DNA from: Octopus vulgaris
Lineage: Eukaryota
Assembly (NCBI GenBank): GCA_951406725.2
Contig: OX597838.1
Location: 16,492,001 to 16,556,000 of the forward strand
Reading direction: 5' to 3'
DNA: 64,000 nucleotides
In this document: positions 54,471 through 64,000 of the stretch, in pieces
Layout of the letters: the number at the start of each line of letters is the position of its first letter
Numbering within the stretch: the stretch's first letter is position 1
The notes under the pieces: generated by a model
Seen by the model: only the letters and a program-made list of their open reading frames with translations
What the model was told of the DNA's origin: nothing
The model's database searches: none
Translations under genes and position numbers: made by a program

Positions 54471-55350
54471 AAGTGTTGTGAAGGCACGTGGCTCAGTGGT
54501 TAGAGCGTCGAGCTTACGATCGTGAGGTTGTGAGCTCGAATCCCGGACCGGGCTGCGTGTTGTGTTCTTGATACAAGACACTTTATTTTCACGTTGCTCC
54601 AGTTCCCTCAGCTGTAGAAATGAGTTGCGACGTCACAGGTGCCAAGTGTTGTGAAGGCGCGTGGCTCAGTGGTTAGAGCGTCGAGCTTACGATCGTGAGG
54701 TTCTGAGCTCGAATCCCGGACCGGGCTGCATGTTGTGTTCTTGAGCAAGACACTTTATTTTCACGTTGCTCCAGTTCACTCAGCTGTAGAAATGAGTTGC
54801 GACGTCACAGGTGCCAAGTGTTGTGAAGGCGCGTGGCTCAGTGGTTAGAGCGTCGAGCTTACGATCGTGAGATTGTGAGCTCGAATCCCGGACCGGGCTG
54901 CATGTTGTGTTCTTGAGCAAGACACTTTATTTTCACGTTGCTCCAGTTCACTCAGCTGTAGAAATGAGTTGTGACGTCACAGATGCCAAGTGTTGTGAAG
55001 GCGCATGGCTCAGTGGTTAGAGCGTCGAGCTTACGATCGTGAGGTTGTGAGCTCGAATCTCGGACCGGGCTGCGTGTTGTGTGTTCTTGAGCAAGACACT
55101 TTATTTTCACATTGCTCCAGTTCCCTCAGCTGTAGAAATGAGTTGCGACGTCACAGGTGCCAAGCTGTATCGGCCCCTTTGCCTTTCCCTTGGACAACAT
55201 CGGTGATGTGGAGAAGGGAGGCTGGTATGCATGGGCGACTGCTGGTCTTCCATCAAACAACCTTGCCCAGACTTGTGCCTCAGAGGGTAACTCTCTAGGT
55301 GCAAACCTATGGTCAGTGTCATGACCGAAGGGGGTCACCAAGTGTTGTGA
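54471..55350 (+). mobile_element. SINE group C (H1 + T2) with four tandem ~172-bp heads
   Basis: Units start at 54471, 54644, 54816 and 54988. The TSD AAGTGTTGTGA begins every unit and recurs at 55340-55350. Confidence 0.92.
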
Positions 55351-55472
55351 GATGTAAGGATAGATTCAGTCAATGAATGCTATGGATTTTGCCTCAGTAT
55401 TTGGAGGTTATAGAGAATGATGGATCAACATGCTTTTATCTAAATATTTAATGGTATAATTTGATACAACAT

Positions 55473-55639
55473 AGGTGCAGGAGTGGCTGTGTGGTAAGTA
55501 GCTTGCTAACCAACCACATTGGCTCCGGGTTCAGTCCCACTGCGTGGCATCTTGGGCAAGTGTCTTCTGCTATAGCCTCGGGCCGACCAAAGCCTTGTGA
55601 GTGGATTTGGTAGACGGAAACTGAAAGAAGCCTGTTGTA

Positions 55640-55696
<57 letters not shown>

Positions 55697-55917
55697 ATGT
55701 TTGTGTGTCTGTGTTTGTCCCTCTAGCATTGCTTGACAACTGATGCTGGTGTGTTTACATCCCTGTCACTTAGCGGTTCGGCAAAAGAGACCGATAGAAT
55801 AAGTGCTGGGCTTACAAAGAATAAGTCCTAGGGTCGATTTGCTCGACTAAAGGCGGTGCTTCAGCATGGCCGCAGTCAAATGACTGAAACAAGTAAAAGA
55901 GTAAAAGAGTAAAGAGT
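55473..55917 (+). mobile_element. SINE family A
   Basis: Full-length copy. Confidence 0.9.
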
Positions 55918-56239
55918 ATAGCACTTCACATTCCTGAATTCAAATTCTGACAAGATTAGCTTTAGGTTTCTCTCCTACACAGCACATAAACGGTCTCTTG
56001 CTATTGAGAACTTCACTGAAAGCAGTGGTGGTTCCTTTGATCATACCTGGTATGATAACCTTCTAATTAAGTAACTCACCTGCAGAATCCATCTGTTTCT
56101 CAGTTATTTGATCAAAAGTTTCCTGATCCTTCAGTTAGTGTGTTTTTCCCTGGCAGGGAAAGTGGAGAGTTTTTTCAACTGTGGATTACTCTAAAATTTG
56201 GTAATATTTCCCTAGTCCTTCTAGAACTACAATACTGAT

Positions 56240-56415
56240 GCGAAAGGGTCATTAGTTGTGTCTACCCGATAATAATAACAGGAAGATACGTAGATACAGC
56301 CCTCTTAAGTACGAAATAGCCCGGCTCTGGAAAATGAAGGAAGTGAAGATACTGTTCCTTGGGAACAGTATCAGAAGGCAAGAAGAGGAATATAAAGGAA
56401 ATTGGTGTAGAGTGA
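56240..56415 (+). mobile_element. R4/Dong-like LINE endonuclease remnant
   Basis: KIRRYSPLKYEIARLWKMKEVKI resembles the K..KY..L..EI.RLW.M..V motif. Confidence 0.6.
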
Positions 56416-57438
56416 ATTTCCTATTACTTTTAACGACAAACACACTCCACTGCGGATAACACTTTTAACACTCAACTCTCTCCTCCATGTGTATTACCCA
56501 CATACAAGTTAGTTAGCTCATGGCAAACTAAAACCCTCACAGAACACTACAAATACTAAGCCTCATCATCATCATCACCCTTTAACATCTGTTTTCTATG
56601 CTGGCATGGGTTGGAAGGTTTCTCTGGAGCTGGCAAGCTGGAGAGACAACACCAAGTTCCAGTCTGATTTGGCATGGTTTCTATGGCTGAATGCCATTCC
56701 TAATGCCAACCAATGGTTGCGTTTAACATGGCACTAGCATAAGCACTTGAACATGGCACCAGCATGAATGCATTTTACATTGACACAATCAAGGCAACGA
56801 GTTTAATATACAATCTTAAAACTAAGAGATATGGGTGGCGAGTAAAAGAGACAGTAATTTTAAGACATAGTGTAGGCACATTTAGAAAAGAAACTGTAGC
56901 AACCACACTGTGTAACACAATTTTTGTCCTTCGGTAGCAACTGTTATTTCCTATTTGCTTACCCTTAGAAAGTATGAAAAATGGTTCATATTTCCTTCAA
57001 ACATTGCTTTTCTAATATCTATTCAAACCCCACAGAATCCCTCTCAACACATGGCTATGATGCTCCCTCAATGGTGCTCACGATCAGAGATTCACACTTT
57101 GTCAGCTATTACTGGACATGCTCAAGTGGTTACGGTCAAGCAACTGATAAGCAAATCTGTGGTATTGAGCAGAATATTTGCTATAACGATATTTCTGCTT
57201 CGGCAACACAACACAGAATCTGTCTGAAATCTAATGGAAAATAGGTCAGTTTCAAAACATTGATATCCAGGACAGAAAAGAAAAGTCTGAAGAGAATAGT
57301 AGTCATTCCTTTGATTTCTAAATAGAAGCAAGTAGGAAATTTTGTTACACAGTGTCACTACAAAACATTTTACAGAAAGCTGATAGTTGACTGAGGTTGG
57401 AGATTTTTGCATTCTACTGCTCGAAGATAGGTAAATGA

Positions 57439-57594
57439 ATAAATGTGAGAGAGTAACCACTATGTGGTCGACTCCAGTGCTAAAAATAGATCCGCTATGG
57501 TATAGCCACTAAAAGTTTTTTTAGTGGCTATACCATAGCGGATCTATTTTTAGCACTAGAGTCGACCACATAGTGGTTACTCTCTCATATTTAT
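57439..57594. repeat. Near-perfect palindrome, ~76-bp arms
   Basis: GAGAGTAACCACTATGTGGTCGAC...CCACTAAAA / TTTTAGTGG...GTCGACCACATAGTGGTTACTCTC, about 2 mismatches. Confidence 0.95.
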
Positions 57595-57727
57595 GTATAA
57601 ATTTGTATTGTATCCCTGGTTTTTATGTGCTAAGCCACTTGGTGTTAAATTGATGGTATTATTAAATTAATATCAAATTTTTCGCCCTCATTTGTAAATG
57701 AATAAATGTATATATATATATACTTAC

Positions 57728-59696
57728 TATTTTTCTTACAAGACTTTGTTTCAAAATCTGCTTTTTTGAGCTTGATATTTTTAGTGTTTTTGTCGTTATG
57801 TGTTCTTTTCTTTTTAGAAACAGCCAAAGTGTTGTCTTTAGCCTTCCTTTTATCAAATTTATCAGGAGCTTTGGACTTCTTGCAAGAAATGCCTTCAGTT
57901 GCCTTAGATGAATTTTTAATTTTTTTTGATGATATCTTTTTAGCTGATGAATCTGAAGATTGATGAGTGTTCTGTTTAAGATCAAGTGTTTTATTAACTG
58001 CTGAATCTTTTTCCTTGTGCTTTATTGATTTTAATTTATTTTTATCATGTTTGTCAGATTTAGATTTCAGTTTAGGTTTACTTTTGACTGGTTTTTCAAT
58101 AGCAACACTGCTTTCAGAATCACTTGTAGGAAGGCCAATCTTTCTTGCAATCAATATCTGTTCATTCTGTTTTGAGTTGTTGATATTTTCCAAAGTTTCA
58201 TAAATATTTTCTTTCTGGAAAAGATCTGAAATGCGATCTTCATCATCTGTGTCAACAGAGTCATCTTTGCTTGGCTTATTCATGCTATTCATGTCAGCAA
58301 ATGTAGGTGACACAATAGCCGGACCTATCTCATTAGATATATTTCCATTATTCTCCTTTTCATCCTTTCTCTCAGCTTTTTTCTTGTCAGCTGTTTTAGA
58401 CTTCAATGGAATCTTATAATTTTCAAGCTTTTTAATAACTGTCTCCCTTTCTGTAATCATATTATTATTACACTCAGTAATTTGTTCACTGACAATCACC
58501 GAAAAGGTTTTCCTAACATCAGAAGAAGCCAGTGTATCATTAGAACTGTTTGAAGACGTATTCTTAGACTTCATTCTTTTTTGCTTCTTGTTTTCTTTCA
58601 CATATTTCTCTGTTAAATCAGATTTAAATTTTGGAAAATTTCCATGAATCTCAGAATTTATAGCAGAGATTTTAAGAGGTGGAACTTTTTTAGAATTCTT
58701 TTCTTTTACCTTATTAGAAACACTGTCATTTTCACTTTCTTCATTTTCTTTCAAATTGCCAGATGCAAAATTATTATTATTATTATTATTATTATTAGAC
58801 TGTTCAAAATTTGGAACTTCATAAACATTCTTACAAGATCCATTGTTTTCTTGTTTAGATTTAGATTTGCTTTTCTTAGAAGGATTTTGGTTTTTATTCT
58901 TGCTTGGCATCTGCAGAGAGCTTGTTTTATGAATAACATGGCTTTTAGCTTTGCAGTGAAGTCTATCCTGATTGTCTCCAGAGTTCTCTTTTAGAGAAGA
59001 TTTATTACTAAGCGGACTTGCAGTATTAGTTTTTGCTACTTGTTTACCATTTATTTCTTCAATATTGCCGCTATTTTTAGTGGATGATTTATTATTATCT
59101 TTTAGCTTAAGAATCTTTTTTGTTTGATTACCAAACGTTGGTTTTATCTTTTCTGATTTTATTTGGTGTTTTTTATTACTTTCAATATTTTCAACGGACT
59201 TGTAATTACTCTCAGAAAGATTTCCAGCCTCAACTGAAGACTGGTTGCTGGACCTGTCATTATCTTTCAATGACTCATCATCTAGATTTCCATACAGACT
59301 TTCATTTAGGTTACAAGTTGGAACAACAAAATCTTCCCCACTTATTATATTTTCTCTCTGTAGAACTTCAGATTTCAAGGAATCATTGACTGACTGGCTT
59401 AACTGGCGAGCAGACACAAAAGATTTTTGGAAGCCAAAATCAAATTCTTTGGAGGAACATGGTCTCTTGGATGGAATATGAGAATTATTTCCTGAATACT
59501 CAACAGCAGGGTTTTCATAAGGATCTAATGAATTTTTATTCTCATTGTTAAGTAATTCATCTGGCATGTCTAACAGTGGAAAATTCTGGTCAAAATTCAG
59601 TGAAGGTTGTAATTCGAAACATTTTTCGTAGTCTTTAGTTTTGACTGAAAATACGTTTTTCACACAAATATCCATTATTTTCTCTGATGAATATTT
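57728..59696 (-). CDS. ZCWPW1: ZCWPW1-like gene, large exon encoding a ~650 aa K/S/N-rich low-complexity N-terminal region (first in-frame ATG at 59675)
   Basis: Only long non-repeat ORF in the window (676 aa in the track). Acceptor TTTTCTTTTTAATCATTTCCAG (AG at 59697-59698). Donor AAT A|GTAAGTA at 57721-57727, phase 1, compatible with the downstream phase-1 exons. Linkage to the CW/PWWP exons is inferred from strand and phase. Confidence 0.75.
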
Positions 59697-60223
59697 CTGG
59701 AAATGATTAAAAAGAAAATATAAAACAGATGCATTAAAGGTAACTTAAAACAGAAATATTAACAAGTAATGTAAGAATCAAAAAATAATTTTGTAAAGGT
59801 ATGATTATGCTGACAGAATCATTTGAAAAAAATTATGGGCAATAAATTGATTATACTTCTACCATAAACAAAAAAAAATTAAAATATTTATTGTACATAA
59901 ATTTAACAAAAGGATCTTATATGAACCCACAAGGACCATATGGCCCCGAGTTGAGAACCACTGGTTTAAAGCATACAAATAAGCAATCTTAGCTTAATTA
60001 TCAGTTATTTTTACTGCAAAACAGGATATATTAAGATAACAGGCACAAGAGTGACTCATAGGTGTGGGTGAGGGTGTAGTTATATGGTTAAGAAGTTTGC
60101 CTCCAACTGCATGGTTTCAGTCCCACTGCATGGCACCTTAGACAATTGTCTTCTACTTTAGCCCCAGGTCAACCAAAGCCTTGTGAGTGGATTTGGTAGA
60201 CAGAAACTGAAAGAAGCCCATAG

Positions 60224-60270
<47 letters not shown>

Positions 60271-60603
60271 TCATCATCATCATCATTTAACGTCTGCTTT
60301 CCATGCTAGCATGGGTTGGACGATTTGACTGAGGTCTGGCGAACCAGACTCCAATCTGATCTGGCAGAGTTTCTACAGCTGGATGCCCTTCCTAATGCCA
60401 ACCACTCCGAGAGTGTAGTGGATGCTTTAATCTTCTCCCTTTGCTCTTTTGTGCCACATGGTGAAAAGGTGATTTAGAAAAAGCTGACTTCTCATTAAAT
60501 ACTAGAACTGTAAAGATGAATTTCCATCAGTTTGATTTGGTTTGGTGAAAGAGGTTGTATACATGGTCTTCACAGGCCCTAACAACAACTAAATCTCCCT
60601 TAA

Positions 60604-60823
60604 TCCTTTAGCATTTAAACTATCCATATCTGGCCTAAATATTCTACCTGTTTTATGTTCAAACTAGCTACATTCAGCCTCTCATGTCTACCTTACAAAA
60701 TCGTTTTAAAAATAAACAATCACATCATCAAAATCTTAAAGCTACGAGATAATACATGATTAACTGAAAACAATGTGAATAAATAAGCATTACATTTGAT
60801 AGAGTAATCTGAATGCTAAAGGG
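60604..60823. mobile_element. TTAA MITE
   Basis: TTAA|TCCTTTAGCATT...AATGCTAAAGGG|TTAA. Confidence 0.85.
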
Positions 60824-60987
60824 TTAAATCACCTCCTATTATATTTTAAAATGTAGGATATATTGGATAACAGAGTTTTAGATATACTGTTTTAATAAAA
60901 GATGGGATGGTCATGGGAAGAATGCTTTTGATCATAGGAATACTCAACTATTGCTGACATGGGTTTCTATTATTATATTTCAAAACA

Positions 60988-61425
60988 AAGGCAGCGAGCT
61001 GGCAGAATCGTTAGCATGCTGGACAAAATGCTTAGCAGTATTTCACACATTGCTACATTCTGAGTTCAAATTCTGCCAAGGTCGACTTTGCCTTTAACCC
61101 TTTAGCATTTAAACCGGCCATATCCGGCCAAAAGTATTCTGTCTGTTTTATGGTCAAATTGGCCAGATCTGGTTTCTCATGCCAACCCTACAATATCGTT
61201 TGAAAAATTAACAGCTACCTCATTGAAATCTCATAGCTACAAGATAAAGCATGATTAGTTCAAAACAATTTGGATGAAAAAGCATTAATTTTGGCAGAAT
61301 AATGTGAACACTAAAGGGTTAATCCTTTCAGGGTCAATAAAATAAGCCCCAGTTGAACACTGGGGTCGATGTAATCAACTCATCCCCTCTCCTGAAATTG
61401 CTGCCCTTGTAGCAAAATTTGAAAC
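60988..61425 (+). mobile_element. Family B SINE interrupted by a TTAA MITE (61098-61318)
   Basis: SINE halves rejoin across TTAA|CCCTTTAG...CTAAAGGG|TTAA. Confidence 0.88.
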
Positions 61426-62095
61426 TGTTATTACATTTCAAAATAAATGTTGAAGATGATGACAACAATGTTAGTATGTATAATCCGTAAAAGGAACCTT
61501 TCCTATAGATTTCTATAACAGACTGAGAGAAAACATTGGAAATAATGCAAAATACCAAATGATGGAATAAACAACACTAGCTGATGAATCCAATCAGTAA
61601 ATGCAACACAGGCTTAAGCGATAGGATTGATTTTCGTTTGTTTTAGATTAGATTAAATATCATTAAGGCAAACACATTACAATCACTACCGTTACTACTA
61701 CGACTATCGGTATCACTTCAGAAGCAATTTTTCTTGCTTCTGATGGAAATATTCAAGAGTTAGTATCCAGAGAGTTATCTAACTGTATTTATTGTAGCAG
61801 TAGTCTAAAAATACTTGTTTTCCTACATTTGGAAGTTATCTGTATACTAATAAAATATCAGCTTTATTTCCAAAAAGCTACACTTCTAGATTTGCCATGT
61901 GTTTGTCATGTCTCATAAAATTAAATTCCCCCTTTATGAGAAAGACATGGACAGTGTTATGAGCGAAAAGACCTAATGCTAGGCTCAGAATGAAATAAGT
62001 GACAATGGGAAAAAAAGCAACACACTGCCAAACAAACAGAGAGAATATGAGATGGTAACAGCACTGGAGACAGTGACTGAACAATTAAAGTTTTG

Positions 62096-62511
62096 GGATC
62101 TTTTCGGTTTGAACGGCAGTTTTTAACATAATTTCTAGGTAACTAAAACAATTAAAACTTCGTATACTGGTAGAATGTGTTTATAAAACATCTTTTTCTC
62201 TTGGCTTTATTGAGAAAATTCTATAGTTTGTAAGATATTTGTTGTTTTCTTTCTTCAATTTCTGTAATTTCAACCAATCAATGACGTCCATTGAGGTAAA
62301 AACATTCTGTGCCGTATGAATATGTCCCTCGTTTAAGAAACAGATTGGGTTTATTTACATTTGTGAAGAAAAAAAGATACCCTTCCCCCCACCCCTAACC
62401 CTAACCCTAAAACAGATTGAAATGCAATAGATCGATACTAGGGTCATAATTATGGGTGACAATTTCATATGACACCGCTAGAAAAAACTGCTGTTCAAAC
62501 CGAAAAGATCC
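62096..62511. mobile_element. MITE with GG...CC termini and 8-bp TSD (Merlin-like)
   Basis: 29-bp TIR GGATCTTTTCGGTTTGAACGGCAGTTTTT; TSD AAGTTTTG / AAGTTTAG; internal (CCCTAA)3. Confidence 0.82.
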
Positions 62512-63278
62512 AAGTTTAGAAATACAATTTTCCAAATACATGTGGTTCCCCCTAGTGATAGCAGCAAGTACTAGGGAAATAATCCTTTCTTCATAATATT
62601 TGGAAGGATTAGAAATTTGAATTTAAAATTCAGTTGGTCACACTTAGGAATCCAACTGGAAAGTGTAATGATGATAGCTTCTGATAGGACCATATGGAAG
62701 AGGTGCCTAAGGATTCTGCCTCCATGACACCACCAGGAATAGTGAGCAGGGAAAATTAATGGCTGGATAAATGGAAAAGATGCATAGAATTCATATACTT
62801 TTTTTCATTTTTCTTTACTTATTAAGTTGGCAATAGTCATGTATAGCACTATTTCATTCTTTTCAGAAATAGCGAAATTATCAGCATGACAATCTGGAAA
62901 AAAATTCATGGAATGTGTGTGTGTGTGTTTTGTTATGGCTAAGTCAGAGGAAAAAGGATGGTGTCTATGACATTTTTCAGGGTCACTAAAAACAGTTGGG
63001 TGGAAGGAAAGAAATTATCCTAAGACCTGAAACTTGGCTTGAATGCTTGCAGAAGAGTAGGCTCTGCTAAAAGCACTGTCTAAGTTAAACTGAGTGACAG
63101 ATTAATTCTGTCACCAAAATAAAATAAAAAAAGGGCAAAAAGAAATAGCAAATCATATTGAAACACAAGTGGTTTAGCTGGAATATTTTCATTTAGTAAA
63201 TACAGATAAAATGAAATGTACAGTAGGTAATCTGTGTCTTTTATATATTTACTTGTTTGTTTATATATCTATTTATAA

Positions 63279-63673
63279 CTAGCAGTATCGCCCGGCGTTG
63301 CTCAGGTTTGTAAGGGAAATAACTATAAAGCATTTTTAGAGAGTTATAGCCAAAAAATAGCAAAAAAATGCATTAAAAATGGAAAAAAAATTATGGTAAA
63401 TTTTTTTTTAAATCGTTGACTCATCGTAGACATTTTTAGAGAGTTACTTCCCTTATATTAAAAAAAATATGCATTAAAATGGAAAAAAATGATGGTAAAT
63501 TATTTTTAAAATCGTAGACTCATCGTAGACGCGCGCTAATACCCAGAAGTGCTTGATATGAATGACGACTATAAGATACCCAGTTTTGGTTAAACTGCAC
63601 CGCAAAATGTGGGAGTAGTTAGGAATCTAAATCGGAGTAGACAGACACACAACCTTTCTTTTATATGTAAAGA
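63279..63673 (-). mobile_element. Non-autonomous Helitron
   Basis: Reverse of the 3110 copy at both ends; TC...CTAG in an AT target. Confidence 0.85.
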
Positions 63674-63777
63674 TTAGCTGGGTGTTATTTTTTTTTAGCA
63701 AGATGACATGTTCCAGATTCCAAAAACAAAACCACCGTTTTTAATTGAAGAAAATTAACAAAAAATCAGGACAAGCT

Positions 63778-64000
63778 GTGGCTGTGTGGTAAGTAGCTTG
63801 CTAACCAACCACATGGTTCCGGGTTCAGTCCCACTGCGTGGCATCTTGGGCAAGTGTCTTCTGCTATAGCCCCGGGCCAACCAATGCCTCGTGAGTGGAT
63901 TTGGTAGACGGAAACTGAAAGAAGCCTGTCGTATATATGTATATATATATATAAGTGTGTGTGTATATGTTTGTGTGTCTGTGTTTGTCCCCCTAGCATT
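63778..64000 (+). mobile_element. SINE family A (cut by window end)
   Basis: A/B boxes and body. Confidence 0.9.

Noticed and set aside
54471-55160. Possible tRNA gene cluster or CRISPR-like array
   Set aside because: Anticodon and acceptor stems do not close, units continue into SINE body, there are no unique spacers, and the context is eukaryotic.
56075-56135. Possible extra minus-strand exon ending GCAG|GTGAGT
   Set aside because: Good donor, but no pyrimidine-rich acceptor and an in-frame TAA just upstream.
59930-59962. GTTGAGAACCACTG hAT-like terminus (and a Tigger-like end near 32490-32536)
   Set aside because: Only one end is recognisable and there is no TSD; too degraded to delimit.
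62393-62410. (CCCTAA)3 as a telomere or fusion scar
   Set aside because: Only three units, internal to a TIR element.

Overview
AT-rich eukaryotic genomic DNA, most likely an octopus (inferred from the dense tRNA-derived SINE, RTE and microsatellite landscape). One protein-coding gene is supported, on the minus strand: a zf-CW + PWWP histone reader of the ZCWPW1 type. I reconstructed it by hand from GT-AG splice sites and codon phase. It has a ~2 kb Lys/Ser/Asn-rich exon (57728-59696), a candidate 15-nt micro-exon (48615-48629), the CW exon (41437-41544), a CW-end/PWWP-start exon (30792-30906) and a PWWP exon (15028-15103). I could not find the remaining 3' exons; they probably lie left of the window. 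The 7-16 kb introns are packed with three SINE groups (over 40 copies), RTE, HERO-like and R4-like LINE remnants, mariner/Tc1 derivatives, TTAA MITEs, three non-autonomous Helitrons, a Merlin-like MITE and complex trinucleotide arrays. Most notable are the invertebrate ZCWPW1-like gene, a recurring set of local inverted (foldback) duplications, SINE head/tail module swapping, a four-headed SINE and a MITE carrying a CTCF-like motif. Repeat boundaries were read by eye and are approximate unless a TSD or TIR is cited. Family assignments are from remembered motifs, not database searches.
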